Shown: piece by piece, positions 1-12,700 of the stretch | Position numbering within the stretch: position 1 is the stretch's first letter | Layout: the number at the start of each line of letters is the position of its first letter | Origin: Podarcis muralis | Taxonomy: Eukaryota | Length of the DNA: 64,000 bases | Direction of reading: 5' to 3' | NCBI RefSeq assembly: GCF_964188315.1 | Contig: NC_135667.1 | Span: 20,956,001 to 21,020,000 of the forward strand | Notes under the pieces: generated by a model | The model's database searches: none | Seen by the model: the letters and a program-made list of their open reading frames with translations, nothing else | Told to the model about the DNA's origin: nothing | Made by a program: the position numbers and the translations under genes

Positions 1-45
1 GTCATGACTGGACCTAATTGTCAGGGGTCCCTTTATCTTTACCTT
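1..45 (+). mobile_element. 3' tail of a Sauria-type SINE (cut by the window edge)
   Basis: gactggacctaattgtcaggggtccctttatctttacctt is nearly the same as the tail at 51237-51270. Confidence 0.75.
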
Positions 46-408
46 AGCTCCCTTCCCTTCACAAGAATTGGGCCAGAATGAGGTCCTATGCATCAAAAAT
101 AAGGGATGGACTGAGATGGTAGAATCCTGGAGGAGAGTGGGTTGGCAAGAGAAGCAAGCAGAGGCACCAGTCTCTAGAGCAAATAGTTTTTAAGACATCA
201 TGCCCAAGAAGATAATTGCATGATACTCCCCACGCTGCCCAATTACTTTGCATGCTATGTTTTATAATTCTGTGGTGAATACCACTTCAGGTTTTTCTGT
301 TCAGTATAAAGTGGTACATAAATGTAACTTAAACCAAGGATACACATCTGTTCAGAGCTTGCTACCCCCAATGCCCCAACAGTCCCTCTGCCATCCCACA
401 ATACTCAC

Positions 409-550
409 GCAGAGTGCAGCTGCCATCAGCGCTGTCACCTTCAGTTGCATCATGGGATTGATGGCACCAACTGCAGACAGATCCAGGCAGGTAAGCATAG
501 ATTGGGCATTCTTGTCATACCAGTCTTCCCTGGTTGGGGCAAAGCAGATA

Positions 551-596
<46 letters not shown>

Positions 597-3500
597 TTAT
601 TTATACCCCACCCATCTGGCTGGGCTTCCCCAGCCACTCTGGGCAGCTTCCAACAAAATATTAAAATACAGTAATGCATCAAACATTAAAAGCTTCCCTA
701 AACAGGGCTGCCTTCAGATGTCTTCTAAAAGTAGTTGTCGTTCTCTTTGACGTCTGGTGGGAGGGCGTTCCACAGGGCAGGTACCACTACAGAGAAGGCC
801 CTTTGCCTGGTTCCCTGTAACTTGGCTTGTTGCAGTGAGGAAACCGCCAGTAGGCCCTCAGCGCTGGACCTGTGTCCGGGTAGAACAATGGGGGTAGAGA
901 CACTCCTTCAGATATACAGTACATAGGATTGCAGAGTTGGAAAGGGCCACGAGAGTCATCTAGTCCAACCCCTACAATACAGGAATCTTTTGCCCAACAT
1001 GGGATTCGAACCCACAACTCTGAGATTAAGAGTCTCATCCTCTACCGACTGACCTATCCCAAAGTCAGTGCAGAATCTCCTTCTGGTGATCTCCTTCTGT
1101 CCTGGTGTTCAATGATCCCCTTGAAGCTTTTGTTGCCAGTTTCCCCAAATAGAAGTAAAGGGCCAAATGGGTAGATGATTTGTGTTAAAGAAATAGTTGT
1201 TACTGATCAGCAGCACGGTGGGGGCCAAAAGTTATAGCCTCCTTTTCTCACACCATAAGGGACTCTAGCTTAGTGGCAGAGCCTTGCATGCAGAAGGTTC
1301 TAGGTTCAAATCCTGATGTCTCCAGGTCAAGCTACAGAGCTACAGTTCCCAACCCACAGCTCTTAACAAACCCACAATTCCCAGGATTCTTTGGGGGAAG
1401 TCACATGCTTTAAGGTGACTAACAATCATGTCTACCCTTCTCTATCTACTGTACTTATAGACCATATTATGGTTTGCGAAAATTACTCAAAGCAAGTCCA
1501 GGTTTTGATTTGAGGACACTGGTTTTTTTTTTAGGTAATCTCTATACACTCCCCACTCTTTTTGGAACCTTTGGTTAGACTGTCCCCTAACTGTATCTGT
1601 CAGTTTTGCCATTTCAAAATATTCAAATGATGAAATGAGAAAGAAAACGTTTAACAAACAGGAAAACAGACCCGCTTTGAGGAGGCAGGAAGTCTACTAG
1701 AAAAGAATAAGAATGGGAAATTTAAAGTAGGGTAACAGCGTGCAAGAGTGTACAGATTTATGGTTATACGTTTGTTATTTGTTTTGTGCTTTCTATTTAG
1801 TTTCTTTCTTAATTGTCGTTGTATCTTAGTGTGTGTGTTTATGTGTTGTGACAAAAAGTTAATGAAAAGCATTAAAAATAAACAAGGTGGCTAACAATTC
1901 CAATAATCATAAAAACCTTGAGGGTTTTTAAGTCAAGACTGAAAGCAAAATAAGCAGCAGTATTAACAAATCAGCAAAAAGAAAAGCAACCACCCACTCA
2001 CCCGCCAAATCATTATAGAGAACGTTCCAAGGCCAGCCTAACTCAGCAGGGGGACCGAACACACACTGTGCATTTAAAGCTGTACAGTGGTACCTCAGGT
2101 TACATACGCTTCAGGTTACATACGCTTCAGGTTACAGACTCTGCTAACCCAGAAATAGTGCTTCAGGTTAAGAACTTTGCTTCAGGATGAGAACAGAAAT
2201 CATGCTCCGGCGGTGTGTCGGCAGCCAGAGGCCCCATTAGCTAAAGTGGTGCTTCAGGTTAAGAACAGTTTCAGGTTAAGAACAGACCTCCGGAACGAAT
2301 TAAGTACTTAACCCAAGGTACCACTGTAGTCTACCTCCCATAGAACTACAATCCCTGCCTCCCTTAAAAAAACTATAGTTCCCGCCATTGCGAGGGCAGG
2401 TGGAGGAATGTGCTTTAAAGGTGCTTTAAGTCTGTGCTATGTATACAGCTTTGGCCTTCAACGGACTCTAGTATATCACACAAAATTAATCTGTTGTTTG
2501 TCTAGTTCAAAGATGGTCGTGTCTCCCTTTGCACCTGCTTTCTTTCCCAGTCAAGCACCTGCGTGTTTCACTTCAGGCCTGAAGCAGATCCGGATAGCGA
2601 CCTTGTTTGATGTTATCAAAAAGGGGGATCAGCCGTTGCTTCTTCCGCTAAGGATTTTTCCTAAATGTGTATCTAGAGTCACCATATTTCAAAAAGTAAA
2701 AACCAGGGAACCACCAAAATTGTTCAGTTTTTTTAGGAAACATCCAAAATTGTTGAATGAGGTTTTTCGATTGACTTGCCTAAGATCCAGGACAAAGCGC
2801 CGCCTTTTGGAAATTCCCCACCCCGGATGTCAATTCCGGCTTTGAAATCCCTGCAATGCCCAGGAAAATCTGGACGTATGGCAGCCCTGATATCTTCAGG
2901 TGCCTAAATGATGGAATCTCCACAACCAGCAGTTTTGACAGGTGAGAGATGTGAAGGGAGAAAGAGTTGGGGGAGGACTTTAGCAATATGGCACCCTGAG
3001 CAAGGACGAATATTTATTATATTCACAATAATTCCTTTTGGTACTGCTGCTATTTAAATGGATCTTCTCAGTAGGTACCTATATAAATATTGCTGTTGTT
3101 GTTAGCCCCCTCAGCTCAATGCCCTGTGCTGCCCAGGTTATTATCTACTCTTCCTTTCAGCATTGAGGCTGGCATGATGAACTATTTAATTTAAGACTGT
3201 ATTGTTATAGCCTTTTACTCAGAGTAATCCCTGTGAACTTAATGGACCCGTCACACCCATTAATTTCAATGCATCTACTCTGAGTAAAGCTAAGTTGGTT
3301 ACAACCCTCAATATTTATTTTAAGGCAGTCTATTCATATTACATAGGGCTGGCATACACCCAGAATTTTCACTTTTTGAAATATGGCAACCCTAGTTTAC
3401 AATGCATATTAAAGCAACAATAACAACAAAAGATGCAGTATAACAAAATCAATACGAAAATAACGCAAATATTAACATCAAAGCAGCAGAGCTAAGATTT

Positions 3501-6500
3501 CCATTCCATGGCAATTCTTCCAGTCAGGGAAGTCACTTATTAATCACACCAAAGGAGGACACAGATATGCATAATTTGCCTAGGCTAATTTATAGGTATA
3601 GGTGATGCACCTTTAGAAATGGTTCCTATAATTAAATTAAGAACACAATGCATCTCACCATAATGTGGAAAACTGTGACCAGATGGACTGTTTATTATGG
3701 GCAGCTTTTCCACACATGAAAGGTTTTTTGTTTTTGTTTTTTTGCAGTGTCCGCACAACACTGTTAGGACCAAAATGCCAGCCTGCACTCCCCGCCCCCG
3801 CCATTTAATCTGGATTTACCCTTTCCGCAATAAGTTTTTTTAGAAGCTGTTGCCAACAAGCCATTTGTAAATTAATCCTCCATCTGGAAGCGCACTTAGA
3901 AAGCAGACACATTCATGGAGGATAAGTCTATGAGCAGCTCTTAATCATGTCAGCTCAATAGAACCTCCAGACCCAGGGGCAGTATAGCACAGAGAATTGC
4001 CAGAGAAGGCTCTATGCCTGACAGCATTGCGCTGGCTACTGTGAGAAGCAGGAATCTGGACTGCCTGGCCCTCATCCGGCGGTGCTCTTCTGAAACTCTG
4101 AGATTGCATTTTAAAGGGGGCTGTTTTGGGGTTTCTTGCCATTTTCAGCAAGAGGTGATTTCACAAGGCGAATGATTTATATCTTGCATTGGCAGCGGCT
4201 GCAATGTGCTGTGTGTGAAAGTACGCATCGCTACCCTTAGCACCTAACCTCTGGATAACCACTTCCTGAACACAAACCGGATAAAAAAAACAGGTTGTGA
4301 AGACAGCTTTGTGCAGCAGATGTGAATCATGCTTCCTCACTTGACATTTGAGCACTTGAGCACTTCTCCCCACAGGGCAAAGCACCTTCTGGCAGTTCCC
4401 TCACTATGAGGTTACAAGGAACCAGGCACAGGGCCTTTTTGGTAGCGGCACCCACCCTGTGGAATGCCTCCCATCAGATGTCTAGGAAATAAACAAATAC
4501 TGTACAGTGGTACCTCGGGTTACATACGTTTCAGGTTACAGACACTTCAGGTTACAGACTCCACTAATCCAGAAATAGTACCTCGGGTTAAGAACTTTGC
4601 TGCAGGATGAGAACAGAAATCGTGCTCCGGCGGCGCGGCGGCAGCAGGAGGCCCCATTAGCTAAAGTGGTGCTTCAGGTTAAGAACAGTTTCAGGTTAAG
4701 AACAGACCTCCGGAATGAATTAAGTACTTAACCCGAGGTACCACTGTATCTGACTTTTAGACTGTATCTGAAGGCAGCCCTGGTATAGGGAGGTTTTTTA
4801 ATGTTTGTTGTTTTACTGCGTTTTTATCATATCTCAGAAGCCGCGCAAAGTGGCTGAGGCAACCCAGTCAGATGGGTGGGGTACAAATAAAAAAAATATT
4901 AAATTATTGTTATCCTCCGGGGCCACATGCACCATTGCCATTAGGTCACCGTGCTAGCTAGCTCATTTATCCGCCAAGAAAGTGTGACACTCTCACAGAG
5001 GTAAAAGACAAAGCATGGGCAGACTTTGGTAATCTTTTGTAGTAAGGTCAAAACTTGGTGCCCCAAATAGATCTTCTTAATTATGGATCTTCTCAATGTT
5101 GCACCCCCTCAGGTTGGGGCCCTGTGAGAGGGAGCCGCCCGCACAACCCTAAATCCAGTGCTGATATGAATCCGTCCAGAGCTATGCTTGAATCATATGT
5201 GAGTGGAGTACAGAGGACTAAGCTGAATCAAATCCACCAGCCTCTCACCAGTTTTAGCTAAATCATGTGCCTTGCCTTTAAACCCCTGTCAGAGAACTTG
5301 TTTCCTTGGCCTGCCTATGCTTCTCCTCATAGTATCAAGACACAGCCTTCTCTTTGGCTGTCCAAATAGTGCCCTCCTCACTTTTCTCATCTGACACTCA
5401 CCCTTCCTTTGCCTGCCCCACATCTTCCTCTATGGGGACGGCAAGGAGAGGACGGATCCCCAAGTTCTGGAGCCGTCGCAGTGTTTCCTTGACCTCTGTG
5501 TGGGTTTCGCCAGCAACAAACTGTCCGTAAAGCGTAAGACGGAGGACAGAAGTCCAGAGTCGGTGGCCCAGAACCCGCTGGGAGACGGAAAGGACCTGAT
5601 GGAGAGAAATAAAAGGTTTATGGAACAACTTCTACGTAGACATCGACGGCGAGTCCGAAAGGCTAACAAATAGGGCATGGCAGAGGTGTTCAAGGAATTG
5701 GTGCACCTGCCAATTAAGGATCCATTTTGGGCATCAAGTGGGATCGAAACTTTATGGCACAATCATTCCCTCCATTTCCAGTGTTCAGATTTTGAGCACC
5801 GTTGCTCACATAGCCAAAACAGCAGCAGCCTTGCACAGGAAGGACATATCAGTAGCCTTGGGGGAATCACAGTTTGCAGAAGTACCTCAATAAACTTTAG
5901 GGGGGAGGAAACTGAAGTCGGAGTGACACCCCACCAAGAGCATCTCGCTGAGGTTGAGGGTGCTCAGTCAAAACTGGAATGCTGGGGAGGTGGTGGAATG
6001 GAGCAGCTGGGAATCCTGAGGATTGCTGCATTCTGCACCATTTTGTTGCAGTTTCTGCTTGTTCCCTGTAATTTTTGATGTTGGCTTTGTGTGTGTTGGT
6101 GCTTATGGAGTCAAAATGTCCCATCAACACACAAGAGGGCAGTATCATCAGGCCGGGGAGTCCCGCAAGGCTTGCAGAAGTTCAACAAATATATTTTGGG
6201 GGGGAAGGGGACCCAATGGGAAGGGACAGATAATCGCAAATGAGGGCTATGAATCTTCAGCACCTATTGAAAAGTTGACTGGCTCCTGGAGGAGTGGGGG
6301 TGGGGGCACGAAGAACCAGCAGGAATGGGAAGGGAATTGAGTGACTGGACTCTGGAGCAGCAGTGCTTCATGCTGCAACAATTTGTCGCAGACAAGGTGA
6401 AACAAGACTCCTTTTTGAATACAGTTCAGACCCATCCCACGGCTTGACCCAAAGACCCTTAACCTACCCCACTCGCCCCAGCCACAACAGAGCACTTTGG

Positions 6501-6849
6501 GGCACCCCTTAAGCTACTACAGGTGATTGGAAATGAATTGATTGCGTGGGTGTGTGGCCTGCAGTGGGTCAAAATCTGAGCCCCCCCTTGGTCTCACCGT
6601 GGGCGCTTTCCGAACCAGCCATGGGGAGGAGCAGAGCCGGAACACCAACAGCCCCCGAGTGAGCTCCCAGTTGCTCTTCAGGTGGAATACCTTCCCATCG
6701 TCCAAGTTCAGGGAAAGATGGGCAGGCGTGGGGTCCTTCGCAGCAGCTTGGAGCGCTGGCTGGGGAGATGTAGATTTCGAAGGAGCCGCTTGGGGAGCCC
6801 AGAGGGAAGCCAGCCTACGGTGCGGCAAGCGAGGCCCGCAGTTCAGCAT
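409..6849 (-). CDS. PRODH2: Hydroxyproline dehydrogenase PRODH2, partial: coding exons 6598-6849, 5402-5595, 409-529; remaining exons lie left of the window
   Basis: GT-AG exons join in frame (phases 0, 2, 0). Translation ...ELTRGLLVFRLCSSPWLVRKAPT|VLSVSQRVLGHRLWTSVLRLTLYGQFVAGETHTEVKETLRRLQNLGIRPLLAVPIEEDVGQAKEG|EDWYDKNAQSMLTCLDLSAVGAINPMMQLKVTALMAAALC. YGQFVAGET and RPLLAVPxEE match PRODH2 rather than PRODH1 (YGHFVAGED/SAILDYGVEED) as recalled. The N-terminus resembles a mitochondrial presequence. Confidence 0.92.
552..596. repeat. (AAT)n microsatellite (L2 tail)
   Basis: Direct inspection. Confidence 0.95.
597..870 (-). mobile_element. L2-clade LINE 3' end with (AAT)n tail; other L2 pieces at 4386-4900 (+), 25600-26000 (+), 52760-53000 (-), 60405-60670 (+), 62560-62920 (+)
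   Basis: Shared 3' sequence agacatctgaaggcagccctg…gatgggtggggtataaataa. The 60405-60670 piece encodes a degenerate L2 ORF2 (HWFPVRF…FKALNGLSPVYLKERL). Confidence 0.75.
920..1060 (-). mobile_element. tRNA-derived SINE with CR1-type 3' end (Squam3-like); related copies at ~7190-7310, 12090-12200, 20770-20900 and 50787-51360 (disrupted)
   Basis: Minus strand shows an A box/B box (gggttcgaatccc) followed by ggactagatgac…ttccaactct…tatg, the CR1 3' terminus. Confidence 0.75.
2085..2326. mobile_element. Tc1/mariner (pogo/Tigger-like) MITE, ~240 bp, TIR CAGTGGTACCTC, TA TSD
   Basis: Inverted termini flanked by TA; near-identical copies at 4505-4746, 48500-48730 and 59235-60101 (interrupted). Confidence 0.88.
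4505..4746. mobile_element. Same Tc1/mariner MITE, inserted inside an L2 fragment
   Basis: TA TSDs at 4503-4504 and 4747-4748; L2 sequence resumes on both sides. Confidence 0.88.
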
Positions 6850-7450
6850 GCCGCCAGCTCCGTCCAAGGGCCACGGCTCTGGACAGAGCGTAGCACCTGC
6901 TGCCTATCCCACAGCGTTTGGGGCCAGCAGGAAACCCCCGGTGGGAGGGGTGAAGTAGAGAAAAAGTGCAAGACCCAGCTGACAAGGTGCTGCCTCAGCA
7001 GGTTAGTGGGGGCAGGTGGAGGGGGAGCAGCTTAGTAGGGTAGAAAAACTGCTGAGGAGGAGAAGTCACTTATTAAACTTCAGCACTCCAAGGCAGTCAA
7101 CTGTATTATCCCATCGGAGGCCGTTTCTTTTGAAGGGTACCCATTATTTGAAGGATTGACCTTCTTCAAATTGACCACTTCAATTTGTGGAACTGGCCAT
7201 TTTACTGCTACCACATTTATTCCACACTTGCAATCCATCGGTCCTTAGCTGTGATTCCCGCATTGGACTAGATGGCACTTTGGGTCCCTCCCTCTACTGT
7301 TCTGAGACTCCATGATCCTTCCTTCCGTCGCAGCACTTACATTTTGGAGCTCCAGATGATGGCCAAGGATGATGGGAGTCGTAGTTCGAAGCATCTGGAG
7401 GACACCACGTTGGGGGAGGCTGGTATAGCATGGCAGCCAATGGTTCAGAG

Positions 7451-7586
7451 CAGGCATAGGCAAACTCGGCCCTCCAGATGTTTTGGGCCTACAACTCCCA
7501 TCATCCCTAGCCAACAGGACCAGTGGTCAGGGATGATGGGAATTGTAGTCTCAAAACATGTGGAGGGCCGAGATTGCCTATGCCTG
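7451..7586. mobile_element. Palindromic hAT-type MITE (136 bp), 8-bp TSD gttcagag/gtttagag
   Basis: Arms of ~58 bp are near-perfect inverted repeats. Degenerate relatives lie at ~14607-14720, 20655-20750, 23765-23860, 32995-33070 and 55465-55545. Confidence 0.8.
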
Positions 7587-7594
7587 GTTTAGAG

Positions 7595-7776
7595 CAGGGG
7601 TAGTCAACCTTTTCATACCTACCGCCCACTAATGCATCTTTCTGGATGGTAAAATTTCCTTACCACCCACCAGTGCTCGATGGAAGGATTCAGTTTATGC
7701 CGTAGAACCCCCACCACCCACCTAGAATCCTGAAACACCCACTAGTGGGCGGCAGGGACCAGGTTGACAACCTCTA
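7595..7776. mobile_element. hAT-type MITE (TIR CAGGGGTAGTCAACC), 8-bp TSD gtttagag; second copy at 50831-51016
   Basis: TSD at 7587-7594 and 7777-7784. The reverse copy at 50831-51016 has TSD atctagtc. Confidence 0.85.
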
Positions 7777-7822
7777 GTTTAGAGTGACAAACATATCCAG
7801 TATCTTGTTTTTGTGAAAGGTT

Positions 7823-8070
7823 GAGCCAGTGTAGTGTAGTGGTTGAGAGTGGTAGACTCATAATCTGGTGAACCAGGTTCACGTCTCCGCTCCTCCACAT
7901 GCAGCTGCTGGGTGACCTTGGGCCAGTCACACTTCTCTGAAGTCTCTCAGCCTCACTCACCTCACAGAGTGTTTGTTGTGGGGGAGGAAGGGAAAGGAGA
8001 ATGTTAGCTGCTTTGAGACTCCTTCGGGTAGTAATAAAGCGGGATATTAAATCCAAACTCTTCTTCTTCT
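7823..8070 (+). mobile_element. MIR/CORE-type SINE with L2-like tail; similar remnants at ~21300-21500, 35150-35300, 47430-47610, 63240-63380
   Basis: tRNA-like head, core ctgggtgaccttgggccagtcac, and tail …gctttgagactccttcgggt…aataaagcgggatattaaatccaaactcttcttcttc. Confidence 0.75.
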
Positions 8071-9692
8071 TAAAAGGGTTGAGAATTTCTGCTCCTACAG
8101 AAGCCAGCCTCTGACAAACCACATAACTGCCACCTACAATTCCCCCGTGGGGTGGGGTGGCGCCATTCTGCATTTCTACCTGGAAACTCATCATGTTTTT
8201 GCTTAAACACACAAGCACAAGGTAGCTGGGACATGGTCCAAAAATGGCCGACTTGGGCATTCCCCTCAGGACTGAGAGGTGTGTCTTAGGAGGTCTCCCT
8301 GAGGAATTTATTAACTCTAATTAAAAAAGACTAGGTCACCTGCCAAAGCGGGCCCTACAAATGCGCAGAGGGCAGAAGATACAGTGAGGCAATGCAGTCC
8401 ACCCAGAGTGGAGGCAGCGCAAGACTTTGCAGCTTCTGTTCTTAAGTACTGAAGGTGATTTAGCTGAGGCCTGCCAAGATAAGGAGAAATAAATGCTTTA
8501 GCTTCGGAAGCTGAGCCAAGGGCTTAATACGAACGTCCAGCCAGGCCTACATGGAACTAAAAAAACCCTATCACAAGAAATTAAGGAGAGACATTAAAAC
8601 TGCTGAAATCTGCAACGGATTGTCTGTAGGCTTGGTTAGTGCAGGAATCTTGCCTTTTGGTAGTACGCAACTCCGGACTGTAGCCCAAAGCCAGCTTGTG
8701 GGCTGTCCCACTGACGCTGGGCTACAACTCCCTGTCGGCATTTCCCCCCTTTTAAAAAACAAGACATGGTCTGTGGTAATTTTTCTGACCTTGAGCAAAA
8801 TTACAGTGCCAGACAGTCCAGTATGGACAGGTAAAGCACTACCAACACCCTTGGCAGGAGTGGGCTTTGCTAAATATTGTTAAATTGAAAAAGCATTGGA
8901 CCCTACTGAAACTCAGCCCGTCAGAACCACCATATGGAGTTAATAAATCAGCTCTGCTTCAGTAAGAAGCATCTATGTCTCTCTCCGCCATGGAGAGAGC
9001 CCTATCCAGCTGGGGAGTTTGGTTTTAAGGACAAAGTCCTTTGACAATGCACTTAGTGACCTCACAGAGAAATTCATCTTCCCTTCCTTGTGCTTCCCCT
9101 CAACACCCGGCAGGAAGCAGTCTCATCTGTTTGTTTTCTCTTTAATTAAAAAAGGTGCAGTTGTGGACAAATACCCAATAGGTACAGATGCTGGTGTGAT
9201 GCAGGGGGAGGCAGCTTGTAAATGAATGGACTCGGCCTTGAAACTGTCCATCATTCGCTTCTCCTTGCAGTGGGACACTTGGCAGCTACATTCACTCATT
9301 CTCGGGGTTCTTCCAGGGGAGGTAACTTTTTCAACTCGAGGACAACATTCTGGGAGTCACCTGGCTCCCAGCCACAGCCAGAGCACATCTCTCCATCCAG
9401 GTATGCAAGAGGCATATTCAGGGCAGGCAAAAACACTTGGGGAGATCACAGAGCAGGTTCACAGAGGGGCACAGCCTGCAGATATGGGTTATGGAATAGG
9501 AAGAGGGCCAAAATCCACCAAGAGAGGCCGAGACACATTTGGCCCTGAAGCCAAAGGGCAAAGGTTGGGTGATGCCCCCAGTGGCCACTTGGGACGCAGC
9601 AAGGACAGCAAGGACTCTGTTTCTCATCTCCCACGCTGCTTCTTCTTGTGCTCCCAAAGACACCACAGGCCAGTCACGCTCCAAACAAATTC

Positions 9693-9698
9693 TTTATT
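9693..9698 (-). terminator. EIF3C polyadenylation signal AATAAA
   Basis: tttatt on + strand ~75 nt after the stop codon, followed on the minus strand by a GU-rich stretch. Confidence 0.75.
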
Positions 9699-9771
9699 AA
9701 GTATTTGAATAATGGGAACTGGAATAAGATCTTCCCTGCACCAGAAAACTCTACTGTGATGGCTTAGGGAA

Positions 9772-12700
9772 TCAATAGTTGCTTTGTCGCTCCTGCTGCC
9801 GATACCCTCCACGCCGCATGTAGCCTCCTTCGTTCTTGCGGTAGCCATCCTTCTGGTCTGGAGGGCGAGAGAGAGAGAGAGGAGAGAGAGTTCAGCTACA
9901 AGGCACCAGTGGAAAGTGGGCAAGCAAGATGACAACAGAAATGGGTTTGCTGCGCAGCTTATGGAAAACAAGACAGGTACACGGAGACCAAGGCAAAGTG
10001 GCTCTCGAGTCCACACTTCCTGGCTCTTCGACCAAAACAAACTATCGTTTTGCAATGAAATCGGCACACTTTGGATTTAGAATATGCGGGGAGAGAACAA
10101 CTGTCATCTTTGTGTCCTGTATAGAGGGAGAAGTGCTGAACCAAAGGAGGATTTGGATCCTGTGATGAGGGAAGGAAAGCAGCGGGTGGGCCAACTCAGG
10201 CCAGCCAATCAGGCCTATGTGGTTGTTTTTTTGCAGGCCACACCTACCTGCCACTCACTCGACTCCATAAATAAAGTTTGGATTTGATTTGATATAAGAT
10301 CAGGTGAGATGCAGGTAAAGCTGTGGCTGCAAGGAACCAAGAGAAGCTGACAATCATTAATGGGAACTGGTTTCCTTAGCTTTTGCCCCATATCACAAAG
10401 GCCAGAATTTTTAAAGAGAAATAGATACTTATGGGAACAGTCGCCCTATTTGTCCCCAGACAGATAACAGACACAAAGTGGCTAAAGGAATGGAGATAGG
10501 AGAAGCAAGAAGCTGTGGCTGCAACTGGCTTCCAGGACGCTTGCTCACCCCGGAAGTAGCCCCCATAGGTGCCTTGCTTCTGGTCAAAGACCCTCTCGTT
10601 GTTCTCCACGAGGCTGCCCAGCTTCTCAGCCAGCTGGAGCGCCAGGTTCTGTTGGGATGTGGGCTCCGTCCGATGCATCACAACTGTCTGGGTCGGCTGG
10701 TCTAAAGAGGCCTGGGAAGGCAAGATTTGGGAGGCTCAGACAAACCCAGCGAAGGAGAGACATGTTAGAAACCTTCTAAAGTGTTGGTCTACTTTCCCTC
10801 CCAAATCTGGTCTGTATAAAACCTGAACACTGCCTATAGCACTTACAGGCAAGAGAAGCCATGATTTAAGATGCGACCTCGAGAACCATATGGAACTTCA
10901 GTACCCTGTTTGCCAACTGAGTTATTCATAGTGCAACGGGGCTGGAGACTGCCAAAAGCACTGGATTGTACACCAGAGATTTAGATATTTCTCTTTCACA
11001 AAGAGATCTCATTTTAGGGGTGAGGCCTATACTGGTTGGTGGCTTATATTTGGATGAATCGCTTCTCATGCTCACCCCACGTTGCCTCTTATTTTTTTCA
11101 AAAGGGTCCATGGTGCAGACCCTCTTTTCCCACACCCCTTGAGCTGGTCAAGGGCAACCCACTTTCTCCTGGTCCAAGGGTCCCCTCCTGTGGTGGCCAC
11201 CCATCTCTAGATCTCCTCAAGCCACCCGTCTGCCATGCGAGAAAGCATCACTCACCATCAGCTCTTCATTGATGATCATCTTGCTAATGATACTGTGCAC
11301 TGTGGGTAGGTCCAGCTCAAACATATCAGACAGGATCTCCATGCTAGAAAGGGAGGCATAATTGGGGAAGGGGGCATGGGGGGAGAGAGAGAGGAAGAAA
11401 GAAGTAGAAGCTGAGCTTGTGAGACTCAGCCATCAAAAGCTGGCCCATCGGCAGCCTGCCAGGCAGAAAATCTAAACAGGTCAATGGCAACCAAAAAAGG
11501 TACCCAAGTGTGCCATGTACAGAGGATGGATTCCTTTGATTGATATATTTTATGGATAGGGAGCCTGCAGAGGGGATTCTGAAGCAACATATGCACCCAT
11601 AAAGATGCACTCAGCCACTTATGCCACATCCGCCACTCACACCCTGGCCAAAAAGCTGCCAGGCTGAAAGAGCAACCAGGAGGCCATGATGACCCTCACA
11701 CAATACCTGATGGAGTCATAGACGCTGCTGTAAGTGAAGAGGTAGGTTCGGAGAGACTCCTCTTGGATCTTCCTGCCAGGGAGAAACAAGGGAGGGGAGC
11801 AGTCATGAGAGCCAGGCAGAGATCCCCGAAAGGGGGGCAGAGCTATGCTTTCCAGTCCCCAGACAGACACCCCCCCAGCCTCTCAGCACCCACCTGCACA
11901 CAGACAAGGTGGCCGCTCTCAACACACACATCCCAATTCTGCTCCCTCTTCTCCATTTCAAGATCTGTGTCCCAAGCCCTCCCCTCCTAGCCTGCACAGA
12001 TGGCCCCATAGCTCAGGGGCTGGAGCACTGACGGTCCCAGGCTTCGCCCCTTTATCCATCAAGGTGGATACGCCCAAGCTAAACAGAGCAATGGTCTGAC
12101 TCAGGATAAGGCAGCTTTCTACAGGACAGCTCCATATTCCTGCAATTGCAGGGGGCTGGACTAGATGACCCTCGGGGTCCCTTCCAACTCTACGATTCTA
12201 TGGAGGAACCGCCCCGTCACCCCATTCCCATGCAACTGACCGGACAAGCATGCCTCGCACTTTGTCAGCTTCGGGGAACAGGTCCCAGACCTTCCCGTTC
12301 ATTTTCTCATTGACGATGAAACGGTGACACGTCTTCCAGTCGCCCATCTTCATAGCCTTGGATGCTGCCACCACATGCTCCCTCATTGATTCTGGGGGGC
12401 CTGAAGAAAGATGGGGGGGAGGGGGGAAGAGGTCATCAAATGGGGAAGGCATTCCTTGTCTTGGTGAACAGGATTTTGATTAGCTAGCAAGGCAGGCCAC
12501 ATCCCCTTAACATCCTATTGCACATGAAGACAATGAACACAAAAATCGGCTTTCATTTTTGTATCTAGAAAAAGATATTTTTCTAGTCCTTGTGTCAAAA
12601 TAAATAAATAAATTATCCAATAAAAATAAAACTTATTAGAGAAATCTACATAACTTCAGTTGATTTTTTTCTTAGGTTTAAACAAATAGTTATGGAAGGG

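Noticed and set aside
445-750. ORF with a poly-Ile run
   Set aside because: Translation of an (AAT)n microsatellite/L2 tail, antisense to a PRODH2 exon.
920-1060. tRNA gene (A and B boxes)
   Set aside because: The head is fused to a CR1-type tail and recurs in several diverged copies; it is a SINE, not a tRNA gene.
4161-4385. Candidate PRODH2 exon 3
   Set aside because: The required frame hits a stop; the true exon is 409-529.
7742-8260. 172-aa minus-strand ORF
   Set aside because: Runs antisense through a SINE and MITE end; no protein resemblance.
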